From NCBI GenBank assembly GCA_964413055.1, contig CAYPRB010000003.1, positions 183,765 to 215,764 of the forward strand: a stretch of DNA of 32,000 nucleotides, read 5' to 3'. A program made the position numbers and the translations under genes. Of this stretch, positions 9,079 to 17,973 are shown piece after piece (the first letter of the stretch is position 1; each line of letters starts with the position of its first letter). The DNA is from an uncultured Pelotomaculum sp. Lineage in GTDB: Bacteria; Bacillota; Desulfotomaculia; Desulfotomaculales; Pelotomaculaceae. The notes beneath the pieces are model-generated. The model saw only the letters and a program-made list of their open reading frames with translations. It searched no databases and was not told the DNA's origin.

Positions 9079-10615
9079 CGTATGTCAGAGGAACCGCGCC
9101 GGCTTTGACGGTAGCCACGCTTGCCGCGCCGTGCCAGGTGATGGTTGTTGTCACATCTGCCTCGGCACCTTCCATAAAACTGCCCATGTCGGGAGATATA
9201 ACAGCCGGTCCGGAGTCCGATATATTTATTGTCAGGGTTCCGGTAACACCGTTATCGAAAACTACGGTCAGTTCCAGGCTTCCCAGCTCCTGCAGTAGTA
9301 GATATTCTTTTTTTATCGTCAGTGTATTTCCGTTGTAGCTGAAGCTACCTGCTCCTATTGATGTTCCCCCGTTCTTGATATCCGTTACCTGCGCATCTGA
9401 AGCCAGGGTTTTATCGGTACTCACATCGGCCTGCTGGGAAGGGTTCTTATCAAAGCTAACAGCGCTCGGGCTGACTGGAGAAAGGACGACGAAGCCGATA
9501 CTGTGGTCACCGGCATAGGTCTGTGCATAAGAGCCTTCAAAGCCGTGAATCCTCAGGTTTTCATTATGTAAATCAAATGTATTATCGCCAATGGATGTAA
9601 CGTTGTCGGAAATGATAATGTCGCTTATGTTGCTGCAGGAGTAAAAAGCCTCTTTATCAATACTGACAACGCTTTTAGGAATAATAAAACTGGATTCACC
9701 AAATACATTAGAAAGGTTGGTGCACAGGATAAAGGCACCAAACCCAATACTGGTTACCTGAGAATCCTCATAGGACCATGCCAAATTCGTCAAACTGCTG
9801 CAGCCATAGAATGTATTGGGTTCGATAGCCGTAACTCCATTTGGAATACTTGTTGCAAACAGATTGCTGCAGTTATAAAATGCGGCATCACCGACACTGG
9901 TAACGCTTTCCGGAATATAATAGAACTGCAATTTGCTGCGACTAAATGCACCGCTGCCGATTGTAGTAAGACTGCTTCCGGCATAAGATTCTATCACCCT
10001 GGTCAAGTTGCTGCAGCCGTAAAATGTGTTTTCTTCAATCGTTGTAACGCCGCTGGGAATACTTATCTTCTCCAAGGCACTGCAGCCGTAAAATGCATTT
10101 TTACCAATACTGGTAACACTATTCGGAATACTATAATCATCATCCGTTAGCATAACAATGCTTTCAAGGGAAGCGCATTGGGAAAATGCAGAATTTCCAA
10201 TGCTTTCAAGACCTGCTTGGTCATAATCATAATCGAATGTTACCTTGGTCAGGTTTTCGCAGTTGGCAAATGCGCCCCCTCCAATACTAACAACGCTTTG
10301 GGGGATGGTCACTTCCGTCAGGTCGGTTTTCCAGTTAAGAAAAGTTTCATCAGCAATAGCCGTGACGGGGTAACCGCCAAGAGTTTCCGGGATAAAGAGA
10401 TGACCGTCAAAGTCCCAAGGCAAATTGGGATAGAAAAAACCGTCTATAGTAGCCTCATCATCCGTTATCGTATACTCAAAAAAGTCTTCCGGGTTTTCTA
10501 GGACTTGGGCTGAACACGACGGTCCGTCAAAAGGCATAATCCCGACGGCTACAGCAACCGCCAAAATAAATAAAAAAGCAAAAACCCTTCTTTTTGTCCT
10601 CGCTTTTCTTAGCAT
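9044..10615 (-). CDS. Secreted BspA-type leucine-rich-repeat (LRR_5) protein; probably the 5' part of the same frameshifted surface-protein gene
   Basis: Signal peptide MLRKARTKRRVFAFLFILAVAVAVG...CSAQ. There are about 10 repeats of the IP.SVTSIG..AF..C..L type. The ORF overlaps the next one by 35 nt in a different frame. Confidence 0.85.
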   Translation of the reverse strand: MLRKARTKRRVFAFLFILAVAVAVGIMPFDGPSCSAQVLENPEDFFEYTITDDEATIDGFFYPNLPWDFDGHLFIPETLGGYPVTAIADETFLNWKTDLTEVTIPQSVVSIGGGAFANCENLTKVTFDYDYDQAGLESIGNSAFSQCASLESIVMLTDDDYSIPNSVTSIGKNAFYGCSALEKISIPSGVTTIEENTFYGCSNLTRVIESYAGSSLTTIGSGAFSRSKLQFYYIPESVTSVGDAAFYNCSNLFATSIPNGVTAIEPNTFYGCSSLTNLAWSYEDSQVTSIGFGAFILCTNLSNVFGESSFIIPKSVVSIDKEAFYSCSNISDIIISDNVTSIGDNTFDLHNENLRIHGFEGSYAQTYAGDHSIGFVVLSPVSPSAVSFDKNPSQQADVSTDKTLASDAQVTDIKNGGTSIGAGSFSYNGNTLTIKKEYLLLQELGSLELTVVFDNGVTGTLTINISDSGPAVISPDMGSFMEGAEADVTTTITWHGAASVATVKAGAVPLTYGDDTHHLYRNL

Positions 10616-10687
10616 TCTTAATTTCCTCCTTCCAAATTCCGCTTTAATACCACTATCATACCGGATTTAGACTGTTTTTCGTACAAA

Positions 10688-10835
10688 CATGTCATAACTG
10701 GGTTGTTTTTTGTAATAATTGGGTCAGTTGGTTAATGAATTGGTGATTTCCACCCGCTATTATTAGAACAAACATAAAAATAAAACCGGCTTTTGGGGTA
10801 GCACCGGTTTTAAGCCTGCTGCTCGTTATTTTATT
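10688..10835 (+). repeat. Copy B of the kinase promoter/5'-end module (orphan)
   Basis: The same three 21-bp-phased repeats occur at 10696, 10717 and 10738, with TATTAT at 10758-10763. The coding remnant KPAFGVAPVLSLLLVILL is retained, but the RBS and start codon are deleted. Confidence 0.85.
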
Positions 10836-11019
10836 AAATACCAGGGGAATACCAGGAATACCAGGGGGACGGTTCTTGTGGTTACGCTTTGAAAATAATT
10901 GATCTGTTTATCCCCGTTGTCGTTCTATTTGACTTATCAACAGACCTTTCTTTTTACTGGATATGCAAGATCTTTCCTTCCGTTACACCTATATCCTGGC
11001 AATTATTTATATTTATTCT

Positions 11020-11496
11020 TTATAAGTATTTGAGAGCTACTGTAATGATTCCAATCAAATATTCAGATTCTCTACGGATATGATTAATTACTACCACTGC
11101 TACTTCATTATTTCTTACCGCATTACTTTCAGCGATAAGCCGGTCCAAAAAAGCCACAAAGCCAAGACTTTGATTGCGAGCAAACACTACAAACTGTTTA
11201 ATTATTTCACATAATTCAGGGCTTATTGCCCCCTTCGATCTTATAACCGCTTCGATATAACGGACTGCATTTCCTTCCGCTTGAGCAAAAGCCAGTTCCC
11301 ATTCCTTAAGCTGCTGCACAAAACCTCTTTCCAGGTTATCTACAATCTGCCGGATTACTACAGTATGCTCACTTTCCTGTTGCTTCCACAGCTCTATTTC
11401 ATCCAGTACCCTTAGCGGGGTTTTATCACCGTAATAATATTGCACAAAACGCACCTCCCAATTTTCCCTGGCTATTGAACAAATGGTATTACTCAA
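11020..11496 (-). CDS. DUF2935-like (hemerythrin-like helical) protein
   Basis: 158 aa. The two helical motifs ELWKQQESEHTVVIRQ and INHIRRESEYLIGI resemble the FW...EH...I repeats of DUF2935. This assignment is from memory only. Confidence 0.5.
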   Translation of the reverse strand: MSNTICSIARENWEVRFVQYYYGDKTPLRVLDEIELWKQQESEHTVVIRQIVDNLERGFVQQLKEWELAFAQAEGNAVRYIEAVIRSKGAISPELCEIIKQFVVFARNQSLGFVAFLDRLIAESNAVRNNEVAVVVINHIRRESEYLIGIITVALKYL

Positions 11497-11676
11497 TACT
11501 ACTATATGGAGGGAAAATGAGGAAGGTGATTTAGATGCTCTATTTTTCTGGCAAAAGAAATTGAAACGCCTGCAGAGAAAGGTGTTTTTTTATGCCCAGC
11601 ACGCCAGCCGATTTGCAGGCGATCCTCGCATTATAAATGATACTGACTTTTTAGATCTGAACATTTTTCACCCTAC

Positions 11677-12558
11677 CTATTTTTTAGTAGCATTATCACG
11701 GAAATTTTCAACTTCACTTGTCAGCTGATAGTTATTATCCTTAACCAAGTCCATATATTCACTTAATGTTTTTAAATAATCGCTATTTCCGGTATCGGCA
11801 ACCGCTTTTGAATAATCCTCCTTAGCTTTAGGATTCATAGTTTTTGTGCCATATTGAAAAAGTGGAGTGTTGTTTAAACCATACAGAGTGAAGGTAAGAT
11901 ATTTATTATATAACTGCTCTACTTCGCTAATTCTGATGGAGTCCTTATGTTTATTAATAAATTCCTCCTGGTTCAATGCTCTTTCTATAACTTCATCCCA
12001 GCCGATAACAAGCGCCGCATCCTTTGCCGGAACTTTATCCGACTCCACCGCCATTATGTCGATATAGTCTTTCATATCAGAAGTAACATAAGAACTGAAA
12101 TCTTTATAGAAACTGTAATCTATGACAGGGAAGTAGGTCCCTTCAGCAGTTTCCACCTTATAGCCGCTATTTTTGGTTTTAGTTAATAAATCTCTAAGCT
12201 CTGCGTCCTTAATATCTGCTTGAGTTTTGATAGATTCATACTCGTTGTTTACCTTATTCTGTATGTTATCATTAAAAAACAATTCTTCATACTGCTGGTA
12301 ACTGTTTTTCTGTATTTTTTCAAACGCATCCACCATCTTTGAGGCGTCTTCTTGTGAAACTTCAGCAATATTGTTTTTTATAAAGTTAGCGACTTCTTCT
12401 ACACTGATATCATTTTGAGTCAGGCTAAGGAAATCATTCATTATCGTAACGCTCTTTTGTCCTTCCAGATTGTCAGGTCCAGTTTGATTATTCGTTGCAC
12501 ATCCGGCGGCAGCAACCAGACCCAGACATAAGATTATGACAGCAAGTTTTTTATACAT
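11677..12558 (-). CDS. Lipoprotein of unknown function
   Basis: 293 aa. Signal peptide with lipobox MYKKLAVIILCLGLVAAAGC. RBS AAAGGAGGAAAT. Confidence 0.75.
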   Translation of the reverse strand: MYKKLAVIILCLGLVAAAGCATNNQTGPDNLEGQKSVTIMNDFLSLTQNDISVEEVANFIKNNIAEVSQEDASKMVDAFEKIQKNSYQQYEELFFNDNIQNKVNNEYESIKTQADIKDAELRDLLTKTKNSGYKVETAEGTYFPVIDYSFYKDFSSYVTSDMKDYIDIMAVESDKVPAKDAALVIGWDEVIERALNQEEFINKHKDSIRISEVEQLYNKYLTFTLYGLNNTPLFQYGTKTMNPKAKEDYSKAVADTGNSDYLKTLSEYMDLVKDNNYQLTSEVENFRDNATKK

Positions 12559-12629
12559 TTATTTCCTCCTTTTACTTGGTAGGCACACCCTAAGGGGGTG
12601 CGCCTCCTTTTCTCTATAATTTTGACGCG

Positions 12630-12866
12630 TCAAGGTTTGAAATGGTTCAAAGGCGGCAAAATCGTTTTTAACCGGTTAACCTGCCCGATTCTATACACCG
12701 GGGTACCTGTGTCTACAATTTGCCCTACCGAAGAAAGCTTTGCTAACACCGTTCCGCCGGTGGGCGCCCTGAGCTGGTTTTTTGATTGATTAACCAAGGT
12801 GTACAAGCGGGAGACGTGATCTAACTTTGCCGTTTCAGTTTCCACCAGCTTGGCATCGCTGGTCAC
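12630..12866 (-). pseudogene. Fragment of an HlyD/RND-type efflux periplasmic adaptor
   Basis: LRAPTGGTVLAKLSSVGQIVDTGTPVYRIGQVNRLKT is the typical beta-barrel/lipoyl segment of membrane-fusion proteins. Only ~75 aa are present, with no N- or C-terminal remainder. Confidence 0.5.
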
Positions 12867-12905
12867 CGGTTCGGTCGAGCAAGCCTACCCGTATTTCCTC
12901 TTCCT

Positions 12906-13574
12906 TTAAGGTGCATTCTTACGGCGATCGGTTCCAGTAAGTATAAGAAACAAGAAAATTCCGATGCCCGCTAAAGAGAACACCATTAAGGAGCCAATTG
13001 CTATATACATTTCACCGGTGGAGAAACGGGTGACTACCGCTGTAAACAAACTAAAAAGCAATAGTCCTATGGACAAAGCATAAAGCACAGCGCGTATCTT
13101 ATTCATGGCATATTTTTTTCGGGTTTCTCTGGTCAGTAAGCTGTAAGTTACTAACGTTCCGCCGGCAACGATGAATATTCCGGAACCTGCAACACTTACT
13201 GCATCCAAGTCCATAAAATACAACATGGCCACCGTGAATATCCCAAATAGCCCAAGCAGCACTCCGGCAATTATGCCGGCCGTCGAAATACGCGCTGTCA
13301 TCGTAGAATAAACAGCCTGCTTCGCCGTATCCTGCCCTAGTTTACGCATGTCATCCACCAGCCCGCTCAAATCACCCATGGAAATCACCGCCTCTTTAAA
13401 AGCCTGCTTATCATCCATGCCCCGGGTTTTAAAATCTGCAGTTTTTTCTTTAATGTTTGTAGCAAGTTCCTCCTTTAGGTCAAACAGCTGTTGACTAGGC
13501 CCAACCCCGGAAAACAAGTTCTCGATGTATGCTGTTACTTTTTTATCCATGTGATTTTCAATCTTGGACATCAT
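12906..13574 (-). CDS. Membrane protein with a permease-prefix/DUF1700-like N-domain (PadR operon partner)
   Basis: 222 aa. The N-terminal block is YIENLF...LFDLKEELATNIKEKTADFKTRGMDDKQAFKEAVISMGDLSGL, followed by 4 TM helices. It overlaps padR by 17 nt. Confidence 0.75.
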   Translation of the reverse strand: MMSKIENHMDKKVTAYIENLFSGVGPSQQLFDLKEELATNIKEKTADFKTRGMDDKQAFKEAVISMGDLSGLVDDMRKLGQDTAKQAVYSTMTARISTAGIIAGVLLGLFGIFTVAMLYFMDLDAVSVAGSGIFIVAGGTLVTYSLLTRETRKKYAMNKIRAVLYALSIGLLLFSLFTAVVTRFSTGEMYIAIGSLMVFSLAGIGIFLFLILTGTDRRKNAP

Positions 13575-13911
13575 TAAGTCCCCCTGTAATCAATTTATCT
13601 AAGACACCCTTGGCAAAACTCCAATCTTTTTTTCTTTGTTCGTAGAGTTCTTTGCCTTTACCGGAAAGGCGATAATACTTGCGTCTACCGCCTTGGGTTT
13701 CATCCCCCCAGTAGGAAAGGATATAACCCTCTTGCTCTAACCGCCGGAAAGCGGTATATAATGTCGCTTCTTTTAATTCATACCGGTTGCCGCTCAGTTG
13801 GATAATTTTCTTGTAGATCTCATATCCGTAGCTATCACCTTGGCGTAGTATGTTTAAAATTATAGTGTCGGTATGACCACGTATGAGATCCGTTGAAATT
13901 GTAGCCTTCAT
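13558..13911 (-). CDS. PadR family transcriptional regulator
   Basis: 117 aa. LIRGHTDTIILNILRQGDSYGYEIYKKI...LKEATLYTAFRRLEQEGYILSYW...GGRRKYYRLSGKG. Confidence 0.9.
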   Translation of the reverse strand: MKATISTDLIRGHTDTIILNILRQGDSYGYEIYKKIIQLSGNRYELKEATLYTAFRRLEQEGYILSYWGDETQGGRRKYYRLSGKGKELYEQRKKDWSFAKGVLDKLITGGLNDVQD

Positions 13912-14360
13912 ATTTGTTCACCTCACAATGTATAATTTACACCACATTACTATGTCTGTCAATGTAATTTGCTAAAAAATTCCCCGCTTGTAATGAGATT
14001 GCTGCTCCCTCCGGCATAGTTCACCCGGTGCCGTTTCGGTATTCGGTTTGTTTGAATTGATATAATATTGCCGGTTGGTTATCCTCATCACTGATCTCCA
14101 AGTAAATACATACAAAAAAACCCCTTTGGGGGGTGCGGACAAAAAACTGGACTTAATATAAATCCGGGAGGTGCCGCATGTTTTCCTATCAAGATAGAGT
14201 CAAAGCTGTTCAATTATAAGGGTGACAAGTAAGGGTGACAAGGGACGGTTCTTTGTCACTTCTTTACTCTCTGAACCATGCCCCTCCCGATACCAAGGAG
14301 AAATGCTATCTGCCTAATAGAAAGATTCGACCTTTCTCTAAGTTCTACTATCAGTTCACG

Positions 14361-14486
14361 TCAGTTATTGCCCTGGCAGGGAATACCGGCAACTCCAGGG
14401 ATCCATACCTTCACCTTGAGGTTCAAAAAAACGGGGTACCTTTAGATCCCCTGACGTTATTGGAACAAGAGCGTTATTATGGCTAA
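14361..14486 (+). pseudogene. C-terminal fragment of an M23 (LytM) peptidase
   Basis: IALAGNTGNSRDPYLHLEVQKNGVPLDPLTLL matches the GxTGxSTGPHLHFEV..nG..vDP end of M23 domains. The upstream part of the 83-aa ORF is unrelated sequence. Confidence 0.55.
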
Positions 14487-14520
14487 GTTGCAGGGACTAA
14501 ACAGTTAAAAAGACGCTAAA

Positions 14521-14567
14521 AGGCCGCATCAGCGGCCTTTTAATTTTGCCCGGCAAATTTGCCGGGC
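14521..14567. terminator. Bidirectional intrinsic terminator pair
   Basis: AGGCCGC-ATCA-GCGGCCT flanked by A-run/T-run (14521-14543), and GCCCGGCAAATTTGCCGGGC (14548-14567). They lie between the M23 fragment (+) and ubiX (-). Confidence 0.7.
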
Positions 14568-14690
14568 AGAGGGGTTATATAAAGCTCGCGCTTCAGCAGC
14601 GGAGCAGTAACCAGTAAGCGGGACCGTCACTAGTAACGGCGAATTTTAAAGGGAAGTCGGGTTGAACCACCTAACAGTTAGCGGAACTAT

Positions 14691-15263
14691 TCAGGCAAGG
14701 GTAATCACTTTCTCCCATCTATTAACCAGGGAATTTCTAATCCCCAACTGATCAAATACCCGCCCTGTCGTCTGTTTAACAATATCTTCTATATCCCTGG
14801 GGCGGTTGTAAAATGATAGAACCGGGGGCATGATTACTACTCCGAGCCTCGACAGCTTGAGCATGTTTTCCAGATGAATGGGACTCAACGGGGTTTCCCT
14901 TACCAGAAGGACTAACTTGCGCCTCTCCTTGATTGTTACATCGGCGGCGCGGTTAATTAAATTATCTGCATATCCGTTGGCTATCGCGGAAAGAGTTTTC
15001 ATGCTGCAGGGAGCCACCACCATTCCCTGATGCAGATAGGAACCGCTTGCCGGTGGCGCCGCAATATCACTATTGGAAAACTTATGGCCGGCCAATTCTT
15101 GAATGGCTTCCAGTTTATAATCCGTTTCCAGCTGAATTGTCTTTTTTGCCGAATCACTAATGATTAACTGCGTTTCTATTCCGGCTTTTTTTGCTTCTTC
15201 CAGGAATTTGATGCCGTAAACTGCCCCGGTAGCACCCGATATTGCCACGACTATTCTAAACAA
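14691..15263 (-). CDS. ubiX: UbiX-family flavin prenyltransferase (B subunit), copy 1
   Basis: 190 aa. IVVAISGATGAVYG...VVAPCSMKTLSAIANGYADNLINRAADVTIKERRKLVLLVRETPLS.IHLENM. TTG start with RBS GGGAGGGGG. Confidence 0.92.
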   Translation of the reverse strand: MFRIVVAISGATGAVYGIKFLEEAKKAGIETQLIISDSAKKTIQLETDYKLEAIQELAGHKFSNSDIAAPPASGSYLHQGMVVAPCSMKTLSAIANGYADNLINRAADVTIKERRKLVLLVRETPLSPIHLENMLKLSRLGVVIMPPVLSFYNRPRDIEDIVKQTTGRVFDQLGIRNSLVNRWEKVITLA

Positions 15264-16295
15264 AAGAACCCCCTCCCTTTTTTATGCAAGAATCTTTCAC
15301 TAACTGAGCTGCTGAATATCTACCGGGTTAGGTGCCCGGTAATCTGCATTTATCAAAAGACATCATTTAGTTAGTACTATTAAGCACAGCACTATTTATT
15401 AGAACCTTTTATTTTTTATATAGCCTACCACACAGGTAAAACCCTTTCTATATTCAAGCAAGACAGGATATATGACAGGATGCTGTCTAAAACAACAGTT
15501 GTCATACGGGTAGATACAGGACAGTCCAATATAACAGTTTTCAAACCCCTCTAAAATAATTGTGAACAGATCCGGGCTTTGAAAAACTTTTTTATTGCAA
15601 CTTCAATATAAACTGGGACTAGCAAGCTTCAAAAACTGTTGTTTGTGTCGAATATATGCGTTATTTGTTGTAAGTTAAACAAAGAACAATATCTACAATT
15701 CTAACTATGGCATGTAATAGTATCGTTAATATTAATATACAATGTAATTTTATTGCAAACATTGATAGGCAAAAACGTCAAGTAGAGCGATATCAGTACA
15801 AAAGGTAAAAAGTTGGGACCACTGTTCGATGAGATAGTATATCGCAAAATATTCTACCTTGTTTGACTATAGCAAAGGTTATTCTTGCATGTTATATTTT
15901 AAGCAGTTAAAAATTAGGGGGGTTAATGTCTATAAGTATAGTGCCCCATTAGGATATTGACAACGCTTAAGAACATTTAACTGTAATGTAATTTGTATTT
16001 TGACAAAGCACATGCAAAACAAAAGCTCAATTTTGAACTATCCTTGTAGTAGGCAAAAATTTTAGCAAAAGATTTTAGGGTAGGCAAGGCAAAAAATGAG
16101 GTTGTTTAAGAAAAATTAGATGATGAGGTGGTGCTATGACGAATCAAGCTGGGCTAAAGGTTCGAGTCCAGCTAATATAAAAACAAGATACGGGAAAGTG
16201 AAAAGTTAATAATCTCGGGAAAAGCACAGGTGTTAAACCAAATTAACTTATGAAGCTCAGTTAGGGAATTCAGTCAAGAATCTTAAAACTTGTAT

Positions 16296-16460
16296 TTATT
16301 GCGTGAATATGGTCAGGATGAAGGAGCCGTGAAAGCGCCGGACCGGCGGCACCACGGATAAAAGTGTTCCTGGCAAAATTGGGGACGGGGAACTCAAGCC
16401 CGAGCATATTCCTGCGAGCCCTGGGTTGTGCAGCAGTACTTTAGCCACGGAGTAAAACCA
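16296..16460 (+). promoter_or_regulatory. GC-rich, hairpin-rich leader upstream of UbiD paralog 1 (possible cis-regulatory RNA; class unassigned)
   Basis: This is a visibly more GC-rich patch inside a ~1.2-kb AT-rich spacer. It contains the hairpin GCGCCG-GAC-CGGCGGC (16335-16350). CCGTG (16327-16331) can pair with either of two CCACGG copies (16352-16357 or 16445-16450). It ends ~40 nt before the RBS AAGAGGTGG. Confidence 0.3.
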
Positions 16461-16502
16461 TTGAATTTTAAATGAAAAATTTAACAAAGAGGTGGTTGCG
16501 CA

Positions 16503-17930
16503 GTGTATCGTGATTTGCGTGAGTTTTTAGCTAAATTAGAACAAGAAGGACAGCTTGTTCATATTAAAGATGAAATTTTACCGGAACCGACTATCCGGGA
16601 AATTGGCCGCGCAGCCGTAGATTTACCCAACGGCCCGGCACTCCTTATTGAAAATATCAAAGGTCACCCCGGCAAGAAAGTGGCTTTGAACGTCCATGGT
16701 TCCTGGGCAAATATTGCTTTAATGATGGGTCTGGATAAAAACACGCCGGTCAAGGAACAGTTCTTTAATTTTCTCGATAAATGGGACAGGTATCCTGGCG
16801 AAACCAAGTTTATAGATAAGAACAAGGCGCCCTGCCACGAAGTAGTGATCAAAGATAACATAAACATTGTTGAAATGCTGCCGATGTTCCGGATCAACAA
16901 ATGGGATTCCGGTATGTTTTTCTCCAAAGCATCAGTAGTTACCAGAGACCCTGATGATTCCGGCAACTTTGACACCCAAAACGTCGGCACCTACAGGATG
17001 CAGGTGATGGGCAAAGACCTGGTGGGCATCCAGGCTCTTGGCTTCCACGACATTGCCAGGCATATCACCCATGCGGAAGAACAAAACAAGCCGCTGCCAA
17101 TCGCTGTATGTCTGGGCGTAGATCCGGTGCTCACCTTTATGGCCAGCACACCGATCAACTACGATCAATCGGAGTACAAGTATGCCGCGGCGATTAACGG
17201 CATCCCGATGGAACTCACCAAAGCTGTAACCTGCGATCTTGATATAACGGCATATGCCGAGTATGTCCTTGAAGGTGAAATCATTCCTCGCGTACGGGTA
17301 CCGGAAGGGCCGTTCGGCGAATTCCCGGGTAGCTATTCAGGAACCCGTCTCCAGTCACAGTTCAGGGTGAAATGCATTACCCACCGTAAAAACCCCATTT
17401 TCGAGAACCTCTTTATGGGCCGTCCCTGGACCGAAATTGACTATCTGATGGGTCTTAATACCTGCGTGCCGCTTTACAAGCAGATGAAAGAAACCATGCC
17501 TGAAATAGTGGCTGTCAATGCCATGTATCAACATGGTTTAACCGCCATTGTTTCCACCAGCAACCGTTTCGGCGGCTATGCCAAGTCAGTTGCTTTCCGC
17601 ATGGCCTCCACACCGCACGGCATTTCCTATTGTAAGAACATCATCCTGGTTGACGCCGATGTCGACCCCTTCAACCTGGAACAGGTCATGTGGTCCCTAT
17701 CTACCAGGGTGCGCCCCGCCAAAGACGTTATTGTTGTTCCCAACACGCCCGGCATGCCGCTTGATCCCACCTCGGAACCTGCCGGTATGGGCGCCAAGTT
17801 CATTATTGACGCGACCCAACCCACTGATCCGGACGTGGGGCTGCGTGATACCAGGCTGATCGACAATCCAGATTCAAAAGGTTTTGAGAAGATAATTGCT
17901 GATCTGCAAAAAGTGGAGACTAATAAATAG
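16503..17930 (+). CDS. UbiD-family prFMN-dependent aromatic acid (de)carboxylase, C subunit, paralog 1
   Basis: 475 aa. LREFLAKLEQEGQLVHI...QNVGTYRMQV...FHDIARH...QSEYKYAAA...EGPFGEFPGSYSG...ILVDADVDPFN...VMWSLSTRVRP. These are the UbiD metal/prFMN and Glu-Arg-Glu region motifs. Confidence 0.92.
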   Translation: MYRDLREFLAKLEQEGQLVHIKDEILPEPTIREIGRAAVDLPNGPALLIENIKGHPGKKVALNVHGSWANIALMMGLDKNTPVKEQFFNFLDKWDRYPGETKFIDKNKAPCHEVVIKDNINIVEMLPMFRINKWDSGMFFSKASVVTRDPDDSGNFDTQNVGTYRMQVMGKDLVGIQALGFHDIARHITHAEEQNKPLPIAVCLGVDPVLTFMASTPINYDQSEYKYAAAINGIPMELTKAVTCDLDITAYAEYVLEGEIIPRVRVPEGPFGEFPGSYSGTRLQSQFRVKCITHRKNPIFENLFMGRPWTEIDYLMGLNTCVPLYKQMKETMPEIVAVNAMYQHGLTAIVSTSNRFGGYAKSVAFRMASTPHGISYCKNIILVDADVDPFNLEQVMWSLSTRVRPAKDVIVVPNTPGMPLDPTSEPAGMGAKFIIDATQPTDPDVGLRDTRLIDNPDSKGFEKIIADLQKVETNK

Positions 17931-17973
17931 TTACCAGATATAATACCGATTCTACTAAAAGGGGGATATATGC

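Noticed and set aside
10836-10870. Short ATACCAGG(G) triple repeat
   Set aside because: It is only about three short units with no array structure. It is probably slippage at the duplication breakpoint.
10889-11083. 64-aa hydrophobic ORF downstream of the orphan promoter copy (possible peptide or bacteriocin)
   Set aside because: It has a TTG start without an SD, overlaps the 3' end of the DUF2935 gene in antisense, and has no leader or double-glycine motif.
16150-16175. GGTTCGAGTCC string resembling a tRNA T-arm
   Set aside because: The flanking bases do not form a 5-bp T stem (AAAGG versus CCAGC). No acceptor, D or anticodon arms could be built, so it is not a tRNA and not a convincing att-site remnant.
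16296-16487. 63-aa minus-strand ORF in the UbiD-1 leader
   Set aside because: It has no RBS and a low-complexity, Pro/Gly/Ser-rich translation typical of a random frame through GC-rich DNA. The region is better explained as a leader or remnant.
15264-16502. Sigma-54 (-24 GG / -12 GC) promoter, expected because of the XylR-like sensor domain
   Set aside because: The only TGGCA strings (about 15709 and 16370) lack a correctly spaced TTGC element, and the regulator has no AAA+ domain.
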